Source: Escherichia coli | Lineage (GTDB): Bacteria > Pseudomonadota > Gammaproteobacteria > Enterobacterales > Enterobacteriaceae | Length of the DNA: 64,000 bases | Direction: 5' to 3' (one strand) | NCBI RefSeq assembly: GCF_030384885.1 | Contig: NZ_CP128613.1 | Shown: piece after piece, positions 10,867-20,257 of the stretch | Layout of the letters: each line of letters starts with the position of its first letter | Numbering within the stretch: the stretch's first letter is position 1 | Made by a program: the position numbers and the translations under genes | The notes under the pieces: model-generated | The model's input: only the letters and a program-made list of their open reading frames with translations | The model's database searches: none | Told to the model about the DNA's origin: nothing

Positions 10867-12237
10867 ATGGCTCGTTCTTTTAAAGTCTTAGCGCCAACGG
10901 CAATCCTCGGGTATGGATTCCCGGAAGAGAGCTTCCGCAAAGCGATGGCAGAATCGCCCGATCTGATCGCCGTTGATGCAGGATCTTCCGATCCAGGTCC
11001 CCACTACCTCGGGGCAGGCAAACCGTTTACCGATCGCGCAGGAGTCAAGCGCGATCTGCGCTATATGATCACCGCAGGCGTGCAAAATAATATACCGGTG
11101 GTGATCGGAACGGCCGGCGGTTCTGGTGCCGCTCCACACCTGGAGTGGTGCCGAGAAATAATTCATGAGATTGCCCGGGAAGAGCGCCTCTCGTTCTCGA
11201 TGGCGCTGATCCCGGCAGACGTTGACAAAGCCATCGTCCACCAGGCGCTGGATAACGGCAAAATCACGGCGCTGGATTTTGTCCCGCCGTTAACCCACGA
11301 CGCGATTGACGAAAGTACGTATATCGTCGCGCAAATGGGCATCGAACCCTTCCAGCAGGCGCTGAAAGAAGGCGCGCAAGTGGTGCTGGGCGGGCGCGCT
11401 TACGACCCGGCCTGCTTTGCTGCGCTACCGATCATGCAAGGCTTTGATGAAGGTCTGGCGCTGCATTGTGGGAAAATCCTTGAATGCGCGGCAATCGCCG
11501 CAACGCCCGGCTCAGGCTCTGACTGTGCGATGGGCATCATTGATGACAACGGCTTTACGCTGAAGACATTTAATCCGAAGCGTAAATTTACCGAAACGTC
11601 AGCGGCTGCACACACACTGTATGAGAAATCCGATCCCTACTTCCTGCCTGGACCTGGCGGCGTGTTGAACCTGAAAGGCTGCACATTTAAAGCGGTCAAT
11701 GACGGCGAAGTGTACGTCAGCGGTTCTAAGCATGAAGAAACGCCGTATGCCCTGAAACTGGAAGGTGCGCGACGGGTGGGCTTCCGCTGTCTGACCATCG
11801 CAGGAACGCGCGACCCGATCATGATCGCCGGGATCGATAAAATCATCGATGAAGTCAAAACCAGCGTTTCGCGTAACCTGTCGCTCGACGATGACAGCAT
11901 TCGCATCAATTTCCACCTGTACGGCAAAAACGGGGTGATGGGCGACCATGAACCGATGCAAACTGCCGGGCATGAGCTGGGGATTGTCCTTGATGTAGTT
12001 GCACCGACCCAGGATATTGCCAATAGCGTTTGCTCGCTAGTGCGCTCTACCATGCTGCACTACGGCTATGAAAACCGCATCGCTACCGCAGGCAACCTGG
12101 CGTTCCCGTTCTCCCCTTCTGATATCCAGGGCGGGCCGGTATACGAATTTTCCATATATCACCTGATTGAAGCCAACGACGCTCTGCGTTTTGATTTCCA
12201 TATTGAACAGGTGACGCCAGAAGGAGTTCAGGCATGA
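10867..12237 (+). CDS. DUF1446/AtuA-like family protein of unknown function
   Basis: 456-aa ORF 4 nt after MAL in the same operon; family assignment is from memory of AtuA-like proteins and is not verified. Confidence 0.55.
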   Translation: MARSFKVLAPTAILGYGFPEESFRKAMAESPDLIAVDAGSSDPGPHYLGAGKPFTDRAGVKRDLRYMITAGVQNNIPVVIGTAGGSGAAPHLEWCREIIHEIAREERLSFSMALIPADVDKAIVHQALDNGKITALDFVPPLTHDAIDESTYIVAQMGIEPFQQALKEGAQVVLGGRAYDPACFAALPIMQGFDEGLALHCGKILECAAIAATPGSGSDCAMGIIDDNGFTLKTFNPKRKFTETSAAAHTLYEKSDPYFLPGPGGVLNLKGCTFKAVNDGEVYVSGSKHEETPYALKLEGARRVGFRCLTIAGTRDPIMIAGIDKIIDEVKTSVSRNLSLDDDSIRINFHLYGKNGVMGDHEPMQTAGHELGIVLDVVAPTQDIANSVCSLVRSTMLHYGYENRIATAGNLAFPFSPSDIQGGPVYEFSIYHLIEANDALRFDFHIEQVTPEGVQA

Positions 12238-12551
12238 AACAGTCAATTGTCTCACTGGCGCAAGTCATTCGTTCGAAAAATGCCGGACCTTACGAACTGG
12301 TTTTAGATATTTTATTTAAAACGAAAGAAAACTATGAGCGAGTAAAATCATCAGGGCAATTAACCCCAGAACTGATTGCGCGCTTATATCATGTTGAACC
12401 TGACTTTATTCATCGTATTGTCTGGTTTGATCCTTCTAACGCAGTAAAAATTGTCATGCCACGAGATATTATCTCCGGGAATGTAGGTGACAATGATGTC
12501 TATGGCGCACAGCAACATGCACCTTTATTAAATATGAGTTTCGATTTGTAA
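12234..12551 (+). CDS. Small conserved partner protein (105 aa), translationally coupled to the DUF1446-like gene
   Basis: ATGA start/stop overlap with the upstream gene; soluble; DUF1446 proteins commonly pair with a small DUF4387-type protein (recalled, not verified). Confidence 0.5.
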   Translation: MKQSIVSLAQVIRSKNAGPYELVLDILFKTKENYERVKSSGQLTPELIARLYHVEPDFIHRIVWFDPSNAVKIVMPRDIISGNVGDNDVYGAQQHAPLLNMSFDL

Positions 12552-12711
12552 AAATCCGAACACTTTTAGCCAACTGACATCCCGTCACTTATTGCAGCTC
12601 AACACTTCAGCTATTTGTAAGGTTGTTATAGCAGGTAGATGCCTGAATCTCTATTCAGGCATCCACTTCTCCTGATTCTGATTTATCGCCGTGCACCTGA
12701 TGGAGGAAAAA

Positions 12712-13992
12712 ATGAAGAAAATAAGTTTAACCATGATGATTCTTTTGGCGCTGGTACTTGGAATGATTATCGGCGTAGTGCTCAATAACACTGCTTCACC
12801 GGAAACAGCAAAACTCTATGCGCAAGAAATATCGATATTCACGACGATTTTCTTACGACTAATAAAAATGATTATCGCTCCGTTAGTGGTCTCTACCCTG
12901 GTGGTAGGTATTGCTAAAATGGGCGATGCCAAAGCCCTTGGTCGTATTTTTTCTAAAACACTCTTTTTATTTATTTGCGCCTCATTGCTGTCAATTGCCT
13001 TAGGCTTGATAACGGTAAATTTCTTCATGCCAGGCACAGGAATTAATTTTGTTGCACACGGTGCCGAAACCACCGGAGTGGTCGCGTCAGAACCCTTTAC
13101 ACTAAAAGTATTTATTTCGCATGCTTTCCCCACCAGCATTGTCGATGCCATGGCGCACAATGAAATTTTGCAAATCGTGGTGTTCTCAATTTTCCTCGGC
13201 TGTAGCCTGACGGCGATTGGTGAGAAAGGCAGCGCCATCGTTCACGCCTTAGATTCGCTGGCACATGCCATGTTAAAGCTCACTGGCTACGTCATGCTCT
13301 TCGCTCCCCTGACCGTATTCGCCGCTATTTCAGCATTGATTGCTGAACGAGGACTGGCAGTTATGGTGAGCGCCGGGATCTTTATGGGTGAATTTTATTT
13401 CACCATGTTATTACTTTGGGTGCTGCTTATCGGTCTGGCCATCGTTTATGTCGGCCCCTGCATCAGACGCCTGACCCGCGCCCTTTCAGAACCCGCCCTG
13501 CTGGCATTTACCACATCCAGTTCTGAAGCTGCTTTTCCGGGAACGCTTGAAAAACTGGAGCAATTTGGCGTTTCCCCCAAAATTGCCAGCTTTGTCTTAC
13601 CCATTGGCTACTCATTTAATCTCGTTGGATCAATGGCCTACTGCTCCTTCGCCACAGTTTTCATCGCCCAGGCCTGCAATATCCATTTATCCATCGGTGA
13701 GCAAATCACCATGCTGTTGATCCTGATGTTGACCTCGAAAGGAATGGCTGGCGTACCACGCGCCTCAATGGTGGTTATCGCCGCCACGCTCAACCAGTTC
13801 AATATTCCGGAAGCGGGGCTGATCTTGCTGATGGGCGTTGATCCGTTCCTTGATATGGGGCGTTCCGCGACAAACGTCATGAGCAACGCAATGGGCGCTG
13901 CGATGGTGAGTCGGTGGGAAGGCGAACATTTCGGCGAGGGTTGTCGGGGTAAAGCATTAAAACCCAACGAATCGAACGTTGCTCTGCCCTGA
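12712..13992 (+). CDS. Dicarboxylate/amino acid:cation symporter (DAACS family, GltP/DctA-like); probable glutamate or methylaspartate/mesaconate transporter
   Basis: About 426-aa polytopic membrane protein; GGAGG Shine-Dalgarno 6 nt before the ATG at 12712; resemblance to GltP/DctA-type symporters. Confidence 0.8.
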   Translation: MKKISLTMMILLALVLGMIIGVVLNNTASPETAKLYAQEISIFTTIFLRLIKMIIAPLVVSTLVVGIAKMGDAKALGRIFSKTLFLFICASLLSIALGLITVNFFMPGTGINFVAHGAETTGVVASEPFTLKVFISHAFPTSIVDAMAHNEILQIVVFSIFLGCSLTAIGEKGSAIVHALDSLAHAMLKLTGYVMLFAPLTVFAAISALIAERGLAVMVSAGIFMGEFYFTMLLLWVLLIGLAIVYVGPCIRRLTRALSEPALLAFTTSSSEAAFPGTLEKLEQFGVSPKIASFVLPIGYSFNLVGSMAYCSFATVFIAQACNIHLSIGEQITMLLILMLTSKGMAGVPRASMVVIAATLNQFNIPEAGLILLMGVDPFLDMGRSATNVMSNAMGAAMVSRWEGEHFGEGCRGKALKPNESNVALP

Positions 13993-14099
13993 GGGGGATC
14001 TTAAGCAATCAGAAGCCAATGACTACGCATTTTTATAAGCCGGATCATGAAGTTAGACGGCAATTAAGTAACACTAACGTTTAAGGTGAAAAGTGAAAT

Positions 14100-15752
14100 A
14101 TGTCCAAACCATTTATCTGGCAAGAACCGTTTCTACAAAATAAAGACGGTACAGAATATACATTAATTAGCGATCAACATATTACAGTAACGGAATTAGA
14201 CGGCGAAGAAGTGATAAAAATCGCTCCTGAAGCATTAACGCTGCTTGCCCGGCAGGCATTTTATGAAGCCTCTTTTTTCTTACGTTCCGCTCATTTGCAA
14301 CAGGTCGCCAGCATTCTTAACGATCCGCAGGCCAGTAGTAATGATAAATACGTTGCGTTGCAGTTATTACGTAATGCTGAAGTCTCAGCAAAAGGGGTAT
14401 TACCCAACTGTCAGGATACCGGCACCGCAACTATTGTTGCCAGTAAAGGGCAACAGATATGGACGGGAGGTAACGACGCTGAAGCCTTAAGCAAAGGCAT
14501 TTACAGTACTTTCCAGGAAAATAATCTGCGCTTTTCACAAAATGCGCCGCTGGATATGTATACCGAAGTCAATACGCAAACCAATCTCCCGGCGCAGATT
14601 GATATCAGCGCTGTCGCTGGTAATGAGTACCATTTTCTCTGTGTTAATAAAGGGGGCGGCTCCGCCAATAAAGCCGCGCTTTATCAGGAAACCAAATCCT
14701 TATTGCAACCAGAAAAACTGACCGCGTTTTTAATCGACAAAATGAAATCGTTGGGCACGGCCGCCTGCCCGCCCTACCACATCGCCTTTGTCGTCGGAGG
14801 GCTTTCAGCCGATCAAACCTTAAAAGTTGCCAAGCTGGCCTCAACGAAATATTACGACAATTTGCCCACCAGCGGAAATGAGCAAGGACAAGCATTCCGT
14901 GATATTGAGCTGGAAAAAGTATTGCTCGAGGCCAGTCAGCAATTTGGTATTGGTGCGCAATTTGGGGGTAAATATTTCGCTCATGATATTCGCGTCATTC
15001 GTCTGCCGCGTCACGGTGGCTCCTGCCCGATAGCTATGGCGCTCTCCTGTTCTGCCGATCGCAATATCAAAGCCAAAATTAACAAGCACGGTATCTGGCT
15101 GGAAAAACTCGAACACAATCCGGGGCAATATATTCCAGCCTCATTGCGGGAAGAAAATCACGCGCAACATGTACACCTGGATCTAAACCGTCCGTTGCGT
15201 GACGTGATGCAGGATCTCGCCAGATTACCGGTAGGTACCCGCGTGTCGTTAAGTGGTCCCATCGTAGTGGCGCGCGATATCGCCCACGCAAAAATAAAAG
15301 CGCGGCTGGATAGCGGCGAATCGATGCCGGATTACCTGAAGCATCATATTGTCTATTACGCTGGCCCGGCGAAAACACCGGAGAACATGGCCTGCGGTTC
15401 ACTGGGTCCAACCACGGGCGGTCGAATGGACGGTTATGTCGAAACCTTCCAGGCGGCTGGCGGCAGTCTGGTAATGTTATCGAAAGGTAACCGCAGCCAG
15501 CAGGTCACCGATGCCTGTCACAAACATGGCGGCTTCAATCTGGGAAGTATTGGCGGTGCAGCTGCGTTACTGGCGCAAGAATATGTCAAAAGTCTGCGTT
15601 GCCTGGAATACCCGGAGCTGGGTATGGAAGCGGTGTGGATGATGGAAGTGGAAAATCTGCCCGTATTCATCCTGGTCGATGATAAAGGCAATAATTTCTT
15701 TAGTCAGTTTGAGCAGCAACACCGCTGCGCCAGTTGCCCTGCGGGACATTAA
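14100..15752 (+). CDS. fumD: Class I (Fe-S) fumarate hydratase family enzyme; probable mesaconase (mesaconate hydratase) of the methylaspartate pathway
   Basis: 550-aa ORF with class I fumarase character and C-terminal Cys-rich region; genomic association with glutamate mutase and MAL; a mesaconase/fumarase FumD has been described in E. coli O157:H7 (recalled). Confidence 0.75.
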   Translation: MSKPFIWQEPFLQNKDGTEYTLISDQHITVTELDGEEVIKIAPEALTLLARQAFYEASFFLRSAHLQQVASILNDPQASSNDKYVALQLLRNAEVSAKGVLPNCQDTGTATIVASKGQQIWTGGNDAEALSKGIYSTFQENNLRFSQNAPLDMYTEVNTQTNLPAQIDISAVAGNEYHFLCVNKGGGSANKAALYQETKSLLQPEKLTAFLIDKMKSLGTAACPPYHIAFVVGGLSADQTLKVAKLASTKYYDNLPTSGNEQGQAFRDIELEKVLLEASQQFGIGAQFGGKYFAHDIRVIRLPRHGGSCPIAMALSCSADRNIKAKINKHGIWLEKLEHNPGQYIPASLREENHAQHVHLDLNRPLRDVMQDLARLPVGTRVSLSGPIVVARDIAHAKIKARLDSGESMPDYLKHHIVYYAGPAKTPENMACGSLGPTTGGRMDGYVETFQAAGGSLVMLSKGNRSQQVTDACHKHGGFNLGSIGGAAALLAQEYVKSLRCLEYPELGMEAVWMMEVENLPVFILVDDKGNNFFSQFEQQHRCASCPAGH

Positions 15753-15761
15753 GGAAAATGA

Positions 15762-16364
15762 ATGGAAGCGCGAATTTCAACTGAACGGCATGTGCAGCGC
15801 CAGCAGAAATTGAAGGAACAGGTCGATACGCGCGTCGCGGCGGCGATAGAGAAAAAAGGGATCTTGATTGTTTTCACCGGCAACGGCAAAGGGAAATCCA
15901 CTGCCGCGTTTGGTACTGTAACGCGCGCGGTGGGCCATGGCAAAACGGTGGGGGTTGCGCAGTACATCAAGGGGCAATGGGACAACGGCGAATACAACCT
16001 TCTCCAGCCGCTGGGGGTTGAGTTTCATATTATGGGAACCGGTTTTACCTGGGAGACTCAGAACCGGCAAGCGGATATCGACGCGGCGAAAGAGGTCTGG
16101 TCGGAAAGCAAACGGATGCTGGCTGACAAGCGTTACGACTTAGTGGTGCTTGATGAGCTGACCTATATGCTGGCTTACCATTATCTGGACACCGAAGAAG
16201 TGATCACTTCTCTGCAAAACCGCCCGGCACAACAAAGTGTCATTGTCACCGGACGCAGTTGCCACAGTCAGATATTAAAAATGGCGGATACGGTCAGCGA
16301 AATCCGCCCCGTCAAACATGCTTTTGATAACGGCATTCAGGCGCAGCCGGGTATCGACTGGTAA
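15762..16364 (+). CDS. Cob(I)alamin adenosyltransferase (BtuR/CobA family), island-encoded copy
   Basis: 200-aa ORF with P-loop GNGKGKST and overall resemblance to BtuR; functionally coherent with a B12-dependent mutase. Confidence 0.8.
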   Translation: MEARISTERHVQRQQKLKEQVDTRVAAAIEKKGILIVFTGNGKGKSTAAFGTVTRAVGHGKTVGVAQYIKGQWDNGEYNLLQPLGVEFHIMGTGFTWETQNRQADIDAAKEVWSESKRMLADKRYDLVVLDELTYMLAYHYLDTEEVITSLQNRPAQQSVIVTGRSCHSQILKMADTVSEIRPVKHAFDNGIQAQPGIDW

Positions 16365-16397
16365 TAACTGCGCCTGGCATCCCGCCAGGCGCAGGTT

Positions 16398-17303
16398 TTA
16401 CATCTCCTGCGGTACGACCGATTTCGCCAGCAACCATTCACGAAATTGCTGCAAGTGCGGCGAGTCAGACTTCTCTTCCTGCCACGTCATAATAAAACGA
16501 TTACCGGTACGAATAGGCACATCACAGGGAATCACCATATCGCCACTATCCAAATCATGTTGAATAGCGAACCGTGGTAACAGCGCCACGCCGAGATTAG
16601 AGCGCACGGCGGCAATCAGCATTGAAAGCAAATCGAAACGTGGTCCGTTATTGACCAGCGGACTGCTAACGCCAGATAAAGCAAACCACTCTTCCCAGCC
16701 AGTAATACGGGTGCTTTGATGCAGAAGTGGTAACTCAGTAAGCAGTTCTGCCACTGACAGTTTTTGATCGGACATTGCAAGCAAACTGCCGCTGCATACC
16801 GGCAAAATCTCCTCTTCAAAGAGATATTCGACCTCCGCCCAGGGCGCGCAAAAATTTTCGCGCATAATGACAGCATCGTACTCCCGATTAAGAAAATCGC
16901 CGTTATTAGCTAAAGAATGAATATTAACAATAATATCGGGATGTAACTTTGTGAATTCATGTAAATTTGGGATTAACCAGTGGGTACTAAACGTAGGATT
17001 AACGGCAAGTTCAATAACCTGAACCGTAGGCTGCCAGGTCATAATCGTATTGGTATCGCGTTCCAGCTTATTTAATGTTTCTTTTACTATCCCCAGGTAA
17101 TACTTCCCTGCATCATTAAGAAAAATGCGTTTTTTAGAGTGTGAAAATAACGGAGTATGTAAAAATTCCTCCAGCGCACTTACTTGTCTGAATACAGCAC
17201 TTTGGGTTAACGCTAACTCCTCTGCCGCTCTGGTATAGCTTTCATGACGTGCGACGACCTCAAAAGTCACCAGCAGCTCCGTTTTAGGTATTTTTCCTCG
17301 CAT
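16398..17303 (-). CDS. LysR-family transcriptional regulator
   Basis: N-terminal helix-turn-helix TFEVVARHESYTRAAEELALTQSAVFRQVSALE followed by a LysR substrate-binding region; the track ORF uses a TTG upstream, ATG at 17303 preferred. Confidence 0.8.
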   Translation of the reverse strand: MRGKIPKTELLVTFEVVARHESYTRAAEELALTQSAVFRQVSALEEFLHTPLFSHSKKRIFLNDAGKYYLGIVKETLNKLERDTNTIMTWQPTVQVIELAVNPTFSTHWLIPNLHEFTKLHPDIIVNIHSLANNGDFLNREYDAVIMRENFCAPWAEVEYLFEEEILPVCSGSLLAMSDQKLSVAELLTELPLLHQSTRITGWEEWFALSGVSSPLVNNGPRFDLLSMLIAAVRSNLGVALLPRFAIQHDLDSGDMVIPCDVPIRTGNRFIMTWQEEKSDSPHLQQFREWLLAKSVVPQEM

Positions 17304-17892
17304 AATGCCGTCCGTGAAAAAATAACAATTCAAAAATTATTTTATAAAAAACAGTAGCACTAATGAATATCATAATTCAAATAAACAAACCAGTCAGCTA
17401 TATGTCTAACCAGGAAAATAAAGTGACAATAATCCTAAAACAGGAATTTCACCTCAGTTATCCGCATGCAATACTTTAAAGCTATTATTGCAAGAATATT
17501 ATTCATATACATGAATATACTCTAAATAAGTCAAGTTGCAGGAAGGGAACAAATAATGAATATCCAGAAGCTTACATAAGTAAGTGACCTGGGTGAGCGA
17601 ACATCGATGCAGCACATGCAACTTGAATTATGACAAGTATACAATGATAAATTTATATACCCTATGTTATATATTATCTATGTCCGGTTAAATTGAATGA
17701 GTCATAGCCTTAAAAGACTTCACAAAAGATAATTCCTCTTTAACAATAAGCCAGATTTACCACTTGTAAAACTTGCTATCGCCACATACACTACGCGCGT
17801 TTTCTTTCCCTTTTGCTGGCTGCTGACCGGAAAGACAAAATTACCCTCGCAATACAGGGGGTTGATTAACGTCTATATTTCAGGACAGCGTT

Positions 17893-19290
17893 ATGCATCA
17901 TCTTTCAAGGCTTGATAAAGCCTTTCTGCGCAAAGGGATCCAACTTTCCCGCGCCAACAATATTGTTTCATTATGTCGTCCATCAGGAGCCAGTGCCCGC
18001 GTACTGCTGCCGGACGAACTGCTGCTGGAAGAAAAAGCAGTGACACAACTGCTTGATTTTGCAGAAGTGAAGATACCAGGCCATCCAGGTTACGTACGCC
18101 AGACCTGTGCGACGCCAGATTTTCATCCCGGCAATGGCGTCCCCGTTGGCGCGGTGGTGGCCTCTACGCCGGATTTAGTCATTCCTGCGGCCATCGGCAC
18201 CGATATTTCTTGTGGCATGCGGCTGCTGACGACCGGATTAACACTTGAGCAAGCCGAAGCGCATAAAGACATCATCACTCAGCGGTTAACGCAAGTGCTA
18301 CTGCAAAATGAGCGCGATGTTCCGTTATCCGCACAGGCGTTCACCGCGCTTTTTGATGGCGGACCGGCAGAGTGCATGTCAGCCTTGCCATCAGCAGGTC
18401 TCTGGACACGCACGAATATCCCCCGAATGGTACAAGAGATTGACCGCTGCATTGGGCTTAACGAGCATAACAGTCATTCGCGTTATGCCCCACCCGCCCT
18501 GCTGGCAACGGACCGCGCATTACTCCGCGATCCTTGTCTGGGTACGCTGGGTTCAGGTAATCATTTTATTGAACTTCAGGTCGTTGATAGCGTGGTTGAT
18601 CGCCATGTAGCCTGGCAACAAGGGCTGAAAACAGGCGATATTGTGGTGATGATCCACAGTGGATCGCGAGATGTTGGCTTTTACGTCGGAAGACGCTGGA
18701 TGGATCGCGCCCGTGCTGAATGGCCCACCGGACATAAACATCCACAAAGCGGGTTATATGGTCTGGCAGGCGGACTGGCGGAGGAATATCTACAAGCGAT
18801 AGGAATGGCGGCGCGTTACGCGTGGTTAAATCGCGTGACAATTGCCGAAATGGTGCGCGTATGTCTTGCCAATCTCTTTCATCAGGACAATTCGCATCTG
18901 GTGGTGGATGTGCCACATAACATCATCCTTCGCGAGCATGAAATGAATATTCATCGCAAAGGCGCAACACCGGCACGAGTGGGCAATCTGGCGTTAATCC
19001 CCGGTTCAATGGGCGATTATTCCTGGCTTGCGGTAGGTTGCGGCAACCCGGAGTGGCTGTGGTCATGCAGTCACGGAGCAGGACGCAGCCAGCGTCGGCA
19101 GGCCATGCGCTCACGCGCGACTGAAGAGTCAACGTTGCCGTGGCAATGCGTCACATTGCGCGAAGAACGACGTCTTGAAGAAGCGCCAGCGGCTTATAAA
19201 GATATTGGTCCGGTTATCGAAGCTCAACAAGAAGCCGGATTAATTCAGCCAGCGGTCAGATTTCGACCGTGGTTAACGTTTAAAGCATAA
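17893..19290 (+). CDS. RtcB-family RNA ligase-like protein (orphan paralog, 465 aa)
   Basis: Motifs IPAAIGTDISCGM and C-terminal CSHGAGRSQ resemble RtcB metal-binding and active-site regions; no rtcA, rtcR or prfH-like gene nearby. Confidence 0.75.
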   Translation: MHHLSRLDKAFLRKGIQLSRANNIVSLCRPSGASARVLLPDELLLEEKAVTQLLDFAEVKIPGHPGYVRQTCATPDFHPGNGVPVGAVVASTPDLVIPAAIGTDISCGMRLLTTGLTLEQAEAHKDIITQRLTQVLLQNERDVPLSAQAFTALFDGGPAECMSALPSAGLWTRTNIPRMVQEIDRCIGLNEHNSHSRYAPPALLATDRALLRDPCLGTLGSGNHFIELQVVDSVVDRHVAWQQGLKTGDIVVMIHSGSRDVGFYVGRRWMDRARAEWPTGHKHPQSGLYGLAGGLAEEYLQAIGMAARYAWLNRVTIAEMVRVCLANLFHQDNSHLVVDVPHNIILREHEMNIHRKGATPARVGNLALIPGSMGDYSWLAVGCGNPEWLWSCSHGAGRSQRRQAMRSRATEESTLPWQCVTLREERRLEEAPAAYKDIGPVIEAQQEAGLIQPAVRFRPWLTFKA

Positions 19291-19291
19291 A

Positions 19292-19316
19292 AAAGGCCAT
19301 CATATGATGGCCAACC
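19292..19316. terminator. Bidirectional rho-independent terminator shared by the RtcB-like gene (+) and the sucD 3-prime UTR (-)
   Basis: Perfect hairpin aaaaaggccatcatatgatggcc flanked by A-run and T-run equivalents on both strands. Confidence 0.65.
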
Positions 19317-19387
19317 ATGTCGAAACCGACAGCCCTTCGCCATTCCTGTAAAGGGAAGCGGCGAGGGCTATTTCTTATTACAGATAT
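19294..19387 (-). ncRNA. sdhX: Probable SdhX (RybD) sRNA derived from the sucD 3-prime UTR
   Basis: Positional inference: the interval between the sucD stop and the terminator hairpin corresponds to where SdhX is processed from the sdh-suc transcript in K-12; sRNA sequence not independently verified. Confidence 0.4.
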
Positions 19388-20257
19388 TTATTTCAGAACA
19401 GTTTTCAGTGCTTCACCGATATCCGCCAGGCTGCGAACGGTTTTCACGCCTGCGGCTTCCAGAGCAGCGAATTTCTCATCCGCAGTCCCTTTCCCACCGG
19501 CAATGATGGCACCCGCGTGGCCCATACGTTTGCCTTTCGGCGCAGTTACACCAGCGATGTAACCTACAACTGGCTTGGTAACGTGCTCTTTGATGTACGC
19601 AGCCGCTTCTTCTTCAGCGCTACCGCCGATCTCACCGATCATCACGATCGCTTCGGTCTGCGGATCTTTTTCGAACATTTCGAGGATGTCGATAAAGTTA
19701 GAGCCAGGGATCGGGTCGCCGCCGATACCAACACAGGTCGACTGACCGAAACCGTAATCCGTGGTCTGTTTAACCGCTTCATAGGTCAGTGTACCGGAAC
19801 GGGAAACGATACCCACTTTACCCGGTTTGTGAATGTGACCAGGCTGGATGCCGATTTTACATTCACCCGGAGTGATAACGCCCGGGCAGTTCGGGCCGAT
19901 CATGCGTACGCCAGCTTCGTCCAGTTTCACTTTCACGGTCAGCATATCCAGCGTCGGGATGCCTTCAGTGATGGTGATAATCAGTTTGATACCTGCGTCG
20001 ATGGCTTCCAGAATGGAGTCTTTGCAGAACGGAGCCGGTACGTAGATAACAGAAGCGGTAGCGCCAGTGGCAGCAACGGCTTCACGCACGGTGTTGAACA
20101 CCGGCAGACCAAGGTGGGTAGTACCGCCTTTACCAGGGGTTACGCCGCCAACCATTTTAGTGCCGTATGCAATGGCCTGTTCAGAGTGGAAAGTCCCCTG
20201 GCTACCAGTAAAGCCCTGGCAGATAACCTTGGTGTTTTTATCAATTAAAATGGACAT
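19388..20257 (-). CDS. sucD: Succinyl-CoA synthetase alpha subunit
   Basis: 289-aa [48 protein letters not shown]...; 1-nt overlap with sucC. Confidence 0.97.

Noticed and set aside
17800-17892. Search for a sigma-54 (-24 GG / -12 GC) promoter upstream of the RtcB-like gene
   Set aside because: No TGGCAC-N5-TTGCA arrangement found by eye; the nearest candidate (tggctgctgaccgg) has wrong spacing.
3600-19300. Looked for tRNA, integrase, IS elements or direct-repeat att sites bounding the cydA-sucD accessory region
   Set aside because: None recognised; the region does not look like a classical integrase-borne island, so no mobile_element feature is reported.
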